Source: an uncultured Ignavibacteria bacterium
GTDB taxonomy: Bacteria; Bacteroidota; Ignavibacteria; SZUA-365
NCBI GenBank assembly: GCA_913061095.1
Contig: CAJXVM010000001.1
Span: forward strand, 304,694 to 368,693
Length of the DNA stretch: 64,000 nucleotides
Reading direction: 5' to 3'
Part shown: positions 9,203-19,413 of the stretch, piece after piece
Layout: each line of letters opens with the position of its first letter
Numbering within the stretch: position 1 is the stretch's first letter
Program-made: the position numbers and the translations under genes
Notes under the pieces: model-generated
What the model was told of the DNA's origin: nothing
Databases searched by the model: none
What the model saw: the letters and a program-made list of their open reading frames with translations, nothing else

Positions 9203-10134
9203 GCATGTCCGCACGAAGCGTGTTTTTCGTGGGAAAAGGCGGTGTCGGGAAATCGACGCTCGCCGCCCTTGCCGCCCTCGCCCATGCCGACAGCGGGAAA
9301 CGCGTGCTGCTGCTCTCCCTCGATCCTGCGCACAATCAGTCCGACATATTCGAACGGCAGTTCGGCGAGGATGCGCGTTCCGTCCATCCCCTGCTCGATG
9401 TCATCGAACCCGACCTGGACCGCTGGATCCGGCGCTACCTTGCCGAGGTCGAGGAACGGGTGCGGGCATCCTACACCTACCTGACGGCGCTGAACCTGGA
9501 ACACCATTTCCGGGTGCTGCGGCACTCGCCCGGGCTCGAAGAATTCGCCCTCCGGCGCATCTACGAACACGCGCTCGCAGAAGCACGGAAGACGGACATC
9601 CTCATCGTCGACATGCCCCCCACCGCTCTGAGCGTTCGCTTCTTCTCTTCTCCATCCCTCTCGCTCGCTTGGACGCAGCAGCTGCTCGCCCTGCGCCGGG
9701 AGATCACACGCCGGCGCGAAATGATCACCCGCATTCGTGTTGGAACGAAGGACATCGAGCAGGATCGCATCCTGCGCACGCTCGAACGCGAAACGCAGCG
9801 CAACGAAGAACTCACGGCTCTGTTCGGTGATCCGGACCGCTGCGCCGTGCATCTCGTCATCAATCCTGATCCGTTGTCATGGAAGGAAGGAATGCGCATC
9901 CGCGAGGAGCTCGACGGCCTCGGCATTGCCATCGCGCAGGTGGATGTCAATAAAAGCGAGGACGGCGATCTCCACGCGGATTCACTGCCCGATTCACTCA
10001 CCGACCTCCCGCAACTCGGGATCCCGCTACAGAAGCAGTCACCGATCGGCATTGCCATGTTGGAAGATGTGCTCGGACTGATCGATACCGCCGCACTGCG
10101 GCGTCCATTCGGTACAGGCAGGGACGACACCTGA
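9199..10134 (+). CDS. ArsA/Get3(TRC40)-family ATPase, single domain
   Basis: Deviant Walker A GKGGVGKST, switch I SLDPAHNQSD, SPGLEE, switch II DMPPT, VNK. Confidence 0.9.
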   Translation: MSMSARSVFFVGKGGVGKSTLAALAALAHADSGKRVLLLSLDPAHNQSDIFERQFGEDARSVHPLLDVIEPDLDRWIRRYLAEVEERVRASYTYLTALNLEHHFRVLRHSPGLEEFALRRIYEHALAEARKTDILIVDMPPTALSVRFFSSPSLSLAWTQQLLALRREITRRREMITRIRVGTKDIEQDRILRTLERETQRNEELTALFGDPDRCAVHLVINPDPLSWKEGMRIREELDGLGIAIAQVDVNKSEDGDLHADSLPDSLTDLPQLGIPLQKQSPIGIAMLEDVLGLIDTAALRRPFGTGRDDT

Positions 10135-10215
10135 AGCACAGGCGCAAAGACAGACTTGCTGAAACAGCAGTTCGGAGACAGCTGATGCAATGATCGGGAT
10201 CCACGGCAGAAATGA

Positions 10216-11073
10216 TTATTTCTGGTAGGAATATATCGTCAGCGTGCCGGACTTCTTTCCCTCGTCGCTGATCAGCATATCGCCGTTGGGCAGAAACGTA
10301 ATTCCTTCCGCCTGGGGATGTCTGTCCTTCGGCAGTTTGTGCTGCGCGATGATGCTGCCATCCGGTGAAATTTCGGCGAGGCTCTCCCCTTCGGCGGCCA
10401 GAAGGAAAAAGGTGCCCGTGAAAGGATGGCGTTCGATGCCCGAGGGACGGAAATGCTTGCCGCGGGCCTCATCATTGAGGCGCCCCTCGTCGAGGACGAA
10501 TCGCGGTTTCGCACGAAGTTTCCGATCTTTGAGCGAGAACGAGTACACGGCACGACTGTCCTTGAATCCCTTGCCAGCATCTCCCTTGCAGGCGAGCAAC
10601 AGCGAATTCGACCTTGCATCGTAGCATAGCCCTTCCACGTCATTATCCCTGTCGAGCGGCGTGCGATGGATGCGGTATTCCACGCGCTGTCCCTCGCCTG
10701 CCCGCCGGAATTCATAGATCTCCCCGCCGCTCGTGACCATGTACATGCGCGATTTCGTGGCGGCGATGCCTTCGAAATCCTCGGTAACGACCGTGCGTCC
10801 GAGATGGAACCACGACAGGATGCTGCCGGTCATCGGATCGATACGGTACACGACGCCGCGTTCATCGTTGTGCGCGAACACGCGTCCGTCAGGTGCCGTT
10901 GTGAGTCCCGAAATCTCACGGAGGGGTTTCGGCAGCCTGACACTGTGCCCGCCGCGATCGAGGTCGTAGCGCTTCATGGCGGATTCCGGCTGGGCGTGAC
11001 AGCCGTTGACCATCAGCAGCAGCGTTGCGGTCAGTGCCAGGGAAACAGCGGCGAGAGAAAATCCATGCGTCAT
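10216..11073 (-). CDS. SdiA-regulated (YjiK-like) beta-propeller protein, exported
   Basis: LREISGL, HNDE, DFEGI, DVEGL, FRPSGI, QAEGITF, ISDEG repeats; signal/lipoprotein-like N-terminus. Confidence 0.8.
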   Translation of the reverse strand: MTHGFSLAAVSLALTATLLLMVNGCHAQPESAMKRYDLDRGGHSVRLPKPLREISGLTTAPDGRVFAHNDERGVVYRIDPMTGSILSWFHLGRTVVTEDFEGIAATKSRMYMVTSGGEIYEFRRAGEGQRVEYRIHRTPLDRDNDVEGLCYDARSNSLLLACKGDAGKGFKDSRAVYSFSLKDRKLRAKPRFVLDEGRLNDEARGKHFRPSGIERHPFTGTFFLLAAEGESLAEISPDGSIIAQHKLPKDRHPQAEGITFLPNGDMLISDEGKKSGTLTIYSYQK

Positions 11074-11284
11074 TGCGATCACAGACTGAGTGAGACGATT
11101 TCCCTCCAATCTACGAGTTTCCTGCGTGTGACTGAACCGCCGCTGTTCGTTTTTGCATCACATGAGTAACTTTCCGGTCGGGGAATCTTGAATTTATCAG
11201 ATTTTCTCGCTAGCATGAGATTCGATCCGTTACCAGACACCACTTCACCATTATCCACCAACACGCTATTGTGAGGATTGCTCT

Positions 11285-12265
11285 ATGGCACAGACAATTC
11301 ATGTCGCAGTAACCGGCGCCGCCGGATCCATCGGCTATGCCATTCTCCCCCGCATCGCTTCCGGTCAGATGTTCGGTCCGGACACCAATGTCGCACTGCA
11401 CCTTCTTGAACTCCCCCAGGCCATGTCCGCCCTCGAAGGTGTGGTCATGGAACTCAACGACTGCGCGTTTCCGCTTCTCGAGAGCATTTCGATCAGCGAT
11501 CAGCCCGACGACGCCTTCGACGGAGTGAACTGGGCGCTGATGATCGGCTCCAAGCCCCGCACGAAGGGCATGGAGCGCGCTGACCTGATCCGTGACAACG
11601 GACCGATTTTCGTCGGACAGGGCAAGGCCCTGCTCAAGGCCGCCAGTGACGTGCGCGCCGTGGTTGTGGGCAATCCCTGCAACACCAACGCGCTCATTGC
11701 GATGAACAACGCGAAGGATATCCCGAAGGAGCGTTTTTCCGCGATGACACGTCTCGACCAGAACCGCACGATGGCACAGCTCGCCACCAAGGCCGGTGTC
11801 GGCGTCAGTGCCGTCTCGAACGTGACCATCTGGGGAAATCACTCCACGACACAGTATCCCGACGCAAAGAACGCGAAGATCAACGGTCAGCCGGTGTTCG
11901 ACGTCATCTCCGATCACGACTGGCTGCGCGGTGACATGATCACGAAGGTGCAGAAGCGCGGTGCGGAAATTATCGCCGCCCGCGGCAGCTCCTCCGCGTT
12001 CTCGGCGGCCAACGCCGCGATCGACCATGTCGTCAGCCTGCGTGGGAAGACCCCCGAGGGACACTGGTTTTCCGCCGCCATCGCGAGTGACGGCAGCTAC
12101 GGTATCGAGGAAGGACTGCTGTACTCCTATCCCCTCACTGCCGACGGCCAGGGCAACTGGAGCATCGTAAAGGACATCCCGCTGGATGACTTCGCAAAAG
12201 AGAAGGTCAAGATCTCGATGGAAGAACTTCAGAAAGAGCGAGAAATCGTCAAGGATCTGCTCTAG
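11285..12265 (+). CDS. mdh: Malate dehydrogenase (dimeric, cytosolic/Thermus-like type)
   Basis: [52 protein letters not shown]. Confidence 0.95.
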   Translation: MAQTIHVAVTGAAGSIGYAILPRIASGQMFGPDTNVALHLLELPQAMSALEGVVMELNDCAFPLLESISISDQPDDAFDGVNWALMIGSKPRTKGMERADLIRDNGPIFVGQGKALLKAASDVRAVVVGNPCNTNALIAMNNAKDIPKERFSAMTRLDQNRTMAQLATKAGVGVSAVSNVTIWGNHSTTQYPDAKNAKINGQPVFDVISDHDWLRGDMITKVQKRGAEIIAARGSSSAFSAANAAIDHVVSLRGKTPEGHWFSAAIASDGSYGIEEGLLYSYPLTADGQGNWSIVKDIPLDDFAKEKVKISMEELQKEREIVKDLL

Positions 12266-12286
12266 GATTCAGGCAGAATGCACAAG

Positions 12287-12326
12287 CGAAAACGGGACGG
12301 CCTCAAAGCCGTCCCGTTTCGTTTTT
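12287..12326 (+). terminator. Rho-independent terminator after mdh (possibly bidirectional)
   Basis: AAACGGGACGGC-CTCAAA-GCCGTCCCGTTT followed by CGTTTTT. Confidence 0.8.
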
Positions 12327-12381
12327 GGATGGGCGGGATGAGTCCCGCACCTGCATCAAATTTTCTGGAATTCATCCTGTC

Positions 12382-13485
12382 CTACATCAGAATTTCCTCG
12401 ATGATACCCCCGCCAACGACGTCGCCGTCCTCGTACCAGACCGTTGACTGCCCGCGTGTGATGGCCTGCTTGGGATCGTCGAATTCGACGATCATGCGGC
12501 CATCCGGCTGCGGCTGCAGCGTCGCCGCGGCGGCACTGTCCTTGTAGCGGATTTTCGCCTCCACGCGCATCGACTCCGCCGGGAACGGATGCTTCTGCAT
12601 GACAACATCCCGCACGCGGAAGCGCCGGTGCCGCAATTCCTCTTTGCGTCCCACTTCAATGACGTTGTCACCCGCGTGGATTTCCGTCACGAACACCGGT
12701 TCGCCGACCGCGACATTCAGCCCGCGCCGCTGCCCGATGGTGTAAAACGGGTAACCGTCGTGCTCCCCGATTTTCTTTCCATCAAACATCACATCGCCAC
12801 CGCGCACGCGCGTCTCCAGCCCGTCGACGTTCTCGCGCAGAAAGCGCGTGTAATCATTATCGGGGATGAAGCAGATTTCGTAACTCTCCTGCTTGCGGGC
12901 CGTGTGCACGCCGAGCCGCTCGGCCACCCCGCGCGCCTCTTCCTTGGTGATATCGGAGAGTGGGAACAGCGTGTGCGCGAGACTATCCTGTGACAGCGCC
13001 CACAGCGCATATGACTGGTCCTTGGCGCGGTCCTCCCCGCGCGCGATCCAATAGCGGCCGGTGGAGGAATCATGACGCAGCTGCGCGTAATGTCCCATGG
13101 CGACATAGTCCGCACCAAGACTTCGTCCCTTGCGAATCAGCTCTTCCCACTTGATTTTCCGATTGCAGATCACGCAGGGATTCGGCGTGTTGCCTGCGAG
13201 GTATTCCTCGACGAACATGTCGATGACATGGTGCTTGAATGGTTGCGAAAAATCCAGCACGTAGTGCGGGATGCCGAGGTCGGCGCAGACCGCACGGGCG
13301 TCGTTGATGCCGTCGAGCGAGCAGCAGCTGCTGTCGTTGGCTGCGTTCCCGCCGACGTCCTCGTAATTGTATGTCTTGATCGTGATGCCGATGACGTCGA
13401 AACCGCGCTCGACCAGCAGGGCCGCGGCCACGCTGCTGTCCACGCCGCCCGACATTCCGACGACCACACGCGTCTTCGAGTTCAC
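12382..13485 (-). CDS. mnmA: tRNA 2-thiouridine(34) synthase
   Basis: MSGGVDSS, TPNPCVICN, GHYA, KDQSY, ESYEICF, TIGQRRGL. Confidence 0.97.
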   Translation of the reverse strand: MNSKTRVVVGMSGGVDSSVAAALLVERGFDVIGITIKTYNYEDVGGNAANDSSCCSLDGINDARAVCADLGIPHYVLDFSQPFKHHVIDMFVEEYLAGNTPNPCVICNRKIKWEELIRKGRSLGADYVAMGHYAQLRHDSSTGRYWIARGEDRAKDQSYALWALSQDSLAHTLFPLSDITKEEARGVAERLGVHTARKQESYEICFIPDNDYTRFLRENVDGLETRVRGGDVMFDGKKIGEHDGYPFYTIGQRRGLNVAVGEPVFVTEIHAGDNVIEVGRKEELRHRRFRVRDVVMQKHPFPAESMRVEAKIRYKDSAAAATLQPQPDGRMIVEFDDPKQAITRGQSTVWYEDGDVVGGGIIEEILM

Positions 13486-13605
13486 ACAATTCCTTTCAGC
13501 TGTTTGTCGACTCAGCGGCGCCTGCTATATTGCCATATGATTGCACTGCCGCAGGGACGCGCGCTGCTGATGTTCACTCACGTATAAAGAAACACATTTT
13601 CCAGC

Positions 13606-14331
13606 ATGATCACACCCCAAAAATCCGCCTTCATGACTCGGCTGATCGGTGTGTATTTCAGGAAAAAGATCCGCCGCGCCTTCGCCGCCGTGCATCTCAA
13701 GGGAACGGAGCATGTCAGGCAGGCGCGTGAGAATGTTCCCCTCGTGCTGTATGCGAATCACTCCGCCTGGTGGGACGCGGTCCTGCCGGTCATTCTTTCC
13801 AACCAGGTATTTCATCACGACGCCTACGCCATGATGGAGGAAAAGCAGATGCGCCAGTACGGCTTCTTCCGGCGCATCGGCTGCTTTTCCGTGGTGCGTG
13901 AGAATCCGCGGCTAGCCGTGCAGAGCCTGCAATACGCGGCGGATCTGCTCCGGCAGCGCTCCAGGGTGCTTTGGATTTTCCCGCAGGGAACCCTGACATC
14001 GGCGGAGAAACGTCCGCTGCATTTCTATAACGGAACAGCGCATCTCCTGCGTGAGCTGGGGGACGTCACCGCGGTACCCGTCGCCTTCCGCTATGAATTC
14101 GTTGAGAAGGAGCGTCCGGAGGTGTTCATCACGTTCGGCAAACCGTGGCAGATCCGCAGCGATGAACGCGTCGAGATCGAGATGACGACCGACATTCTCC
14201 AGCAGCTTCTGGAGTACGAGATGGATGTTCAGCGGGAAGATGTGATGGAACGCGAATTCGATGCCTACGAAACAATCCTCACGGGGAAACTCTCGGTTAA
14301 CGAGCGCTGGGACGCGGTTCGGCGCCGCTGA
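13606..14331 (+). CDS. Lysophospholipid acyltransferase-family protein (CruD-like carotenoid acyltransferase subgroup possible)
   Basis: NHSAWWD (HX4D) and IFPQG motifs. Confidence 0.8.
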   Translation: MITPQKSAFMTRLIGVYFRKKIRRAFAAVHLKGTEHVRQARENVPLVLYANHSAWWDAVLPVILSNQVFHHDAYAMMEEKQMRQYGFFRRIGCFSVVRENPRLAVQSLQYAADLLRQRSRVLWIFPQGTLTSAEKRPLHFYNGTAHLLRELGDVTAVPVAFRYEFVEKERPEVFITFGKPWQIRSDERVEIEMTTDILQQLLEYEMDVQREDVMEREFDAYETILTGKLSVNERWDAVRRR

Positions 14332-15661
14332 CAAGATCAACGACAGCCACATCCGCGGCGGTGTATCCGCTGCGCACGGCCCCCTCGATCGTCGCAGGCA
14401 GACCGGTTCCCGTCCAGTCGCCGGCCAGATAGAATCCGGGCGTCCCGCTGCGTGCCTCCGGCCGTAGTCGTTCCATCCCGGGCAGCGGCAGAAACGTCGC
14501 CCGTTTTTCCCGCACCGCCAGCACACGAAGAATATCGTCTTCCATCAGATCCGGTCTGAGCAGACGCAGTTCGCGAAGAAGCAGCGCGCGCAGCTCCTCT
14601 TCGTCCATGCTCACGACACTCTCTGCCGCCGCGGATATCGTGCAGGAGTAATGTCTGCTGCCATCACTGTCCTCCTCCCTGTCGAACACCCATTGCAGAG
14701 TGGTATCAAGCAGACCCGTCATTGGTCCCGCATCAAGCTCCCGGCGCAGCCATGCGTGCACTGACACGATGGGAGACGGATGAAAGCGATCGAAATCGAT
14801 CGCCGGGAGAACGGATGCTTCAGAGTTCTCCAAAACACGCTGAAGCGCCCACGGCGGCATCGCACTGATCACCGCATCGGCGCCCAGTTCGGTTCCGTCC
14901 GCAAGGCGCACGCCACGAACGGCACCGCCATCGGTCAAGAACGTCTGCACGGTGCATCGCAGACGGATATCACATCCGCGCTGTTGCAGCAGTTCACGCG
15001 CGCCTTCGACAAAGATGGAGGAAAGTCCGTCCTGGGGAAGAAGCATGTCGGCTGCTTCCGCATCGCGCAGAAAAATCTCGCGGAGGACGACGGCGAGCAG
15101 TTTCGCCGAGGCCTGCTCGGCTTCAGTGTTCATCGTCGCGAGCACGAGCGGCTGCCAGAAATAACGCATCGCGTCATCGCGCTGACCGAGACCACGCAGC
15201 CACGACGCGGCATCCTTCGCATCCAGCGCGGCAAGGTCCTGATCGCGAAGCGCCCGCAGGCGCAGAGCGGCGCGCAGAATACGCAGGCGTGATGCCGGAG
15301 GGAGAAGTCGGTAGCGGAGGAAAGCCTGCGCCAGTCCGATGGGATGCGGCAGCCGGCCCGCCTGCAGGACGCCCCGGCGTCCGTCGGCGTGCACGAAATC
15401 CAGTGCGAGGCCGCGCCGACGATCGAGCAGGTGCCGGCGGCCGCTGCGCGTGAGATAGTCGAGCGTGTCGCGGTAGCATCCCATCATCACATGCTGACCG
15501 TTATCGACATCACTGCCGCTGTGGCTGTGTGGGAACGACCACGCACGCCCGCCGAGCCGTGGCGCGGATTCAAGAATCAGAATGTCGAGGGGATGGTCGC
15601 TCAGACGCACGGCAGCCGCGAGTCCCGCAAGACCGCCGCCGGCGATGATCACACGGGTCAT
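14297..15661 (-). CDS. hpnE: Hydroxysqualene dehydroxylase
   Basis: GGGLAGL FAD motif, LGGRAWS, DNGQHVMMGCY, EKRATF, LAGDWTGTGLPATIEGAVRSG; follows hpnCD. Confidence 0.9.
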   Translation of the reverse strand: MTRVIIAGGGLAGLAAAVRLSDHPLDILILESAPRLGGRAWSFPHSHSGSDVDNGQHVMMGCYRDTLDYLTRSGRRHLLDRRRGLALDFVHADGRRGVLQAGRLPHPIGLAQAFLRYRLLPPASRLRILRAALRLRALRDQDLAALDAKDAASWLRGLGQRDDAMRYFWQPLVLATMNTEAEQASAKLLAVVLREIFLRDAEAADMLLPQDGLSSIFVEGARELLQQRGCDIRLRCTVQTFLTDGGAVRGVRLADGTELGADAVISAMPPWALQRVLENSEASVLPAIDFDRFHPSPIVSVHAWLRRELDAGPMTGLLDTTLQWVFDREEDSDGSRHYSCTISAAAESVVSMDEEELRALLLRELRLLRPDLMEDDILRVLAVREKRATFLPLPGMERLRPEARSGTPGFYLAGDWTGTGLPATIEGAVRSGYTAADVAVVDLVSGAEPRPSAR

Positions 15662-16518
15662 GGCAGCGTGGCGTACTGCACGGGGGTGCGGCTGAAGTAC
15701 TCGGCGACCGCGATGCGGAACTTCGCCAGGTTGGAGATGGAAATGCGCTCGTCAAACAGCGCGTAGCGTTTATGCTCGATCTTCTCGAGAATGCGGTAGT
15801 AGATGCGGTCCATGATGCGCGCGGCAAAAAACGCCGCGTGATCTTCGTGCGCCAGCGACCGCCGGGCGCGGCCGTAATAGTCGCGTGCACGCTGGGTCTG
15901 AAAACGCATCATGCGAACAAAATTCTCATTGTACCTGCTGTCGAGCAGTTCCTCGTATGAGTACCCGTAACGGTCGAAATCTTCCCGGGGGATGTAAATC
16001 CTCCCGATCTGCGCGTCGGACTTCACGTCGCGGACGATATTCGTCAGCTGCAGGGCAATACCGAGATCAACGGCGTACTGACGCGTCTTTTCATTCGTGT
16101 ACCCGAAGATCTCACTGCACATCAGTCCGACGGTGGACGCGACGCGATAGCAGTATTCATAGAGTTCGTCAAACGTCTCGTAGCGGCTCTTCTCCAGATC
16201 CATCTGCATCCCGCGAATGAGATCAAAGAAATGCACCGCTGGGATGTGGAACCGGTCGGCAATGCTGTGCAGCTGATTCAGCAGCGGATGAATGCTCTCC
16301 CCGCGAAGCCCGCGTTCGAGTTCCTCGGTCCATCGCTGCAGCCGAGTGGATTTGCTTTCCCGGTCGCCGTCCTCGTCAACGATGTCGTCGGTACAGCGGC
16401 AGAACGCATAGACAGTGTGTATCGCATCACGCTTGTGCTCGGGCAGCATGGCGAAGGACATCATGAAGTTGGTCTTGCTTTTCCGCGTGATCTCAGCGGC
16501 GGAGTCATTCTCATGCAT
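15658..16518 (-). CDS. hpnD: Presqualene diphosphate synthase
   Basis: SKTNF, YAFCRCTDDIVD, YCYRVASTVG, QLTNIVRDV, GRIYIP. Confidence 0.88.
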   Translation of the reverse strand: MHENDSAAEITRKSKTNFMMSFAMLPEHKRDAIHTVYAFCRCTDDIVDEDGDRESKSTRLQRWTEELERGLRGESIHPLLNQLHSIADRFHIPAVHFFDLIRGMQMDLEKSRYETFDELYEYCYRVASTVGLMCSEIFGYTNEKTRQYAVDLGIALQLTNIVRDVKSDAQIGRIYIPREDFDRYGYSYEELLDSRYNENFVRMMRFQTQRARDYYGRARRSLAHEDHAAFFAARIMDRIYYRILEKIEHKRYALFDERISISNLAKFRIAVAEYFSRTPVQYATLP

Positions 16519-17368
16519 GAGGACGGCCTTTCAGCAACGCAGAAGAAAAAACGGCAAACTTGTCATTCCATGTCAAAGATGGACGAATACAAACTGTATT
16601 ATAGCCCTGTTTTTCAATTATCGCAAGAATGCGTTTGCCGCCCCGCCAGATGGCGGACAGCTCGAGACGCAGTCGAAGGGGCACGAGTGGAAACAGTGGA
16701 AGACTGCGTACAAAGAATTCCTGTGTGCGCTGCACCTGAAACGCAAGGACCGTACGAAGGCGGTGGGAGTTCTCCCCGCCGAGCACTTCCTCGACGGTGC
16801 AGCCGTGGCGCGCGAGATCCTCTTCCGGGATATAGACGCGTGGCTTCAGGCGATCCACCGAGACATCCTGCCAGAAATTCACAAGCTGCAGCCCTGTGCA
16901 CAGCGCGTCGGAGGGCGGCGCGGTACGATCGTCGAGGAATCCGTGCAGAGCCAGCACGATACGACCAACCGGATTCGCCGAACGCCGGCAGTAATCGAGC
17001 AGCTGATCGAAGGTTTCATAGGAATGCACCCGCGTATCCTGGACGAATGCATCGAGCAGGTCATCGAACAGCTGCATGGGGATGTCGAAGCGCCGGATGG
17101 TGTCACCGAGCGCGAGGAACACTGGATGATCACTCTCCCCCGCTGCGCAGGCGTGCAGGCGTTGGCGCCATGCCTCGAGACCCGCACGGCGCTCCTCCCC
17201 AGACAGCTCTCCCTCGTCGGCCATATCATCGGCGTGACGGGCAAATGCGTATACCGCCGCGACGTGCGGACGCAGCCTTGCCGGCATCAGGCGAGACGCA
17301 ACCGGGAAATTCTCATAATGCTCCCGTGCCAGAGCCATGCAGTCAGCGTATGCCTCGGATACAGTCAT
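16511..17368 (-). CDS. hpnC: Hydroxysqualene synthase
   Basis: HYENFPVAS, YAFARHADDMADEG, YCRRSANPVGR, LQLVNFWQD. Confidence 0.92.
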   Translation of the reverse strand: MTVSEAYADCMALAREHYENFPVASRLMPARLRPHVAAVYAFARHADDMADEGELSGEERRAGLEAWRQRLHACAAGESDHPVFLALGDTIRRFDIPMQLFDDLLDAFVQDTRVHSYETFDQLLDYCRRSANPVGRIVLALHGFLDDRTAPPSDALCTGLQLVNFWQDVSVDRLKPRVYIPEEDLARHGCTVEEVLGGENSHRLRTVLAFQVQRTQEFFVRSLPLFPLVPLRLRLELSAIWRGGKRILAIIEKQGYNTVCIRPSLTWNDKFAVFSSALLKGRPHA

Positions 17369-17396
17369 ACGCTAAAATGGGAATCCTCCCGGAGAT

Positions 17397-17494
17397 ATGG
17401 AAAATTGATACTATGGAAAAATGGATAGATAGCACGATGCAAAGATCCTGCTCTCCCTGGAATCTTGCCATCCTGTCATCATTCCATCGTTATC
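17397..17494. repeat. Degenerate octamer tandem repeats arranged as an imperfect inverted repeat
   Basis: AT dinucleotide every 8 bp at 17397-17445 (one mismatch at 17405); ATC every 8 bp at 17462-17486. Confidence 0.55.
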
Positions 17495-17519
17495 AGATGA
17501 GTCAACATCCCAGATAAAA

Positions 17520-18455
17520 TCACTGCGTGTCGGGATTCTCAAACAAGACCGTCGAGAGATACCGCTCACCCGTATCCGGCAGCACGGTGACGACGTTCCG
17601 GCCGGGATCGAGGCGCTTCGCGTATTCGACGGCACAGTGCGCAGCCGCACCGCAGGAGATGCCGACAAACATGCCTTCCCGGCTGGCGAGCAAGCGCCCC
17701 ATCGCGACAGCCTGCTCATTGGTGACGGTCATGACTTCATCGATGACACCGCGGTCGAGGATATCGGGGACGAATCCCGCACCGATGCCCTGAATTTTGT
17801 GCGGACCCGGTTCGCCACCGCTGAGAACGGACGAATCCGCGGGTTCCACCGCGATGATGTCTACCGCGTCGCCGAAACGCTCGCGCAGCAGGCGTCCCAC
17901 GCCAGTGATGGTACCGCCGGTTCCGACGCCGGCCACGAATGCGTCGATGCTGAGTCCCTCCATGTCGGCAAGGATCTCGGGACCGGTAGTCTCGTAGTGC
18001 GACTGTACGTTGGCCGCGTTGCGAAACTGCTGGGGAATGAACGCGGTCTTTTCCGCGCCGGCGAGTTCTTCCGCGCGCGCGATGGCACCCTTCATTCCTT
18101 CCGCACCGTCGGTCAGCACGAGTTCCGCTCCAAGATGCGTGAGAATCTTCCGCCGCTCGATGCTCATGGTCTCCGGCATGGTGAGCACGAGACGATATCC
18201 CTTGACGGCACAGACCATGGCGAGTCCGATACCGGTGTTCCCGGAGGTTGGCTCTATGATGGTGGTGTCTGGACCGACGAGCCCGGCCTTCTCCGCCGCT
18301 TCGATCATGTACAGCGCGGGACGTTCCTTGACACAGCCAAGGGGATTGAAAGCCTCCATTTTCGCCCAGACCGTCGCCCCGCCCTCGGGGGAAAGTTTCG
18401 AAAGCCGCAGCAGGGGCGTGCGGCCGATACTGTCATTGATAGTGTTGAATCGCAT
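17520..18455 (-). CDS. cysK: Cysteine synthase A
   Basis: IGRTPL, KMEAFNPLGCVKER (PLP Lys), EPTSGNTGIG, GVGTGGT, HKIQGIGAG, DTGERYLST. Confidence 0.96.
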   Translation of the reverse strand: MRFNTINDSIGRTPLLRLSKLSPEGGATVWAKMEAFNPLGCVKERPALYMIEAAEKAGLVGPDTTIIEPTSGNTGIGLAMVCAVKGYRLVLTMPETMSIERRKILTHLGAELVLTDGAEGMKGAIARAEELAGAEKTAFIPQQFRNAANVQSHYETTGPEILADMEGLSIDAFVAGVGTGGTITGVGRLLRERFGDAVDIIAVEPADSSVLSGGEPGPHKIQGIGAGFVPDILDRGVIDEVMTVTNEQAVAMGRLLASREGMFVGISCGAAAHCAVEYAKRLDPGRNVVTVLPDTGERYLSTVLFENPDTQ

Positions 18456-18480
18456 GACTGTTCCTTTCTTCCTCTTCTCT

Positions 18481-19413
18481 TCAGATAACGTATGACCACA
18501 TGTTGCCCTGTTCCTCAGGCGGGATGACTTTTATTCGCGGCTCGCTGGTGACGAGCGCATGCGGCTGCACGGACTTGACAAGCCAGACGTTGCCGCCGAT
18601 GACCGCGTCATGGCCGATGACGGTGTCACCACCGAGAATCGTCGCTCCGGCGTAAATGGTCACGCGGTCCTCGATGGTGGGATGCCGTTTTTTCTCCGCG
18701 AGTTCCTTGCGCACGCTCAGCGCTCCAAGCGAGACGCCCTGATAGATTTTCACATGCTCACCGATGACCGTCGTTTCCCCAATCACGACGCCAGTGCCGT
18801 GATCGATATGAAAGTACCGGCCGATCTGCGCGCCGGGATGGATATCGATGCCCGTCCGGCTGTGAATGTACTCGCTCATCATGCGCGCGATCAGGCGCAC
18901 CCCGTGCGTCCAGAGAAAATGCGCCACACGATGCACGGCAATCGCACGGAGTCCGGGATAGCTGAGAATGATCTCCTCCTGCGAACGCGCGGCGGGATCG
19001 CCTTCAAGCAATGCGTCGACATCCGTCGAGAGGATGTCCCGCAGTGACGGAAGTGATCGGAAGAAGTGGTCCACGATGGCGCAGGCTTCCTCGCGCACCA
19101 CCGAATCGGCGCGTCCGTTCGCTTCCTCACGGCGGTCGAAGCGGAGGTTGCGCTGCACTTCGACGACGAGGTTTTCGTACACCTGCACGAGACGCGACCC
19201 GGTGAGATATCGGAGATTCGAGGCGCTCAGCAACTCATCACGGAAAAACCCCGGGAACAGCAGCGCCTCGATGTCGCGCACGATGTCGATGATGGCGTCG
19301 CGGGACGGAAGCGTGTGACCGCGCAGATGATTGATGCCCCCCTCCGTCTCGTACGAGCGGAGCAGAGACTCAGTCAGTTCCTGCATATCGGCGATGCTGT
19401 GATCATCCTTCAT
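18481..19413 (-). CDS. cysE: Serine O-acetyltransferase
   Basis: [35 protein letters not shown] hexapeptide repeats. Confidence 0.93.
   Translation of the reverse strand: MKDDHSIADMQELTESLLRSYETEGGINHLRGHTLPSRDAIIDIVRDIEALLFPGFFRDELLSASNLRYLTGSRLVQVYENLVVEVQRNLRFDRREEANGRADSVVREEACAIVDHFFRSLPSLRDILSTDVDALLEGDPAARSQEEIILSYPGLRAIAVHRVAHFLWTHGVRLIARMMSEYIHSRTGIDIHPGAQIGRYFHIDHGTGVVIGETTVIGEHVKIYQGVSLGALSVRKELAEKKRHPTIEDRVTIYAGATILGGDTVIGHDAVIGGNVWLVKSVQPHALVTSEPRIKVIPPEEQGNMWSYVI

Noticed and set aside
9190-9260. Selenocysteine read-through at the TGA of the 95-aa gene
   Set aside because: No Cys precedes the TGA, the stop overlaps the next gene's GTG start, and no SECIS-like hairpin is evident.
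9199-10134. Arsenic-resistance operon
   Set aside because: No arsB/acr3/arsC/arsR/arsD nearby, the ATPase lacks metalloid-binding Cys residues, and the context is cstA.
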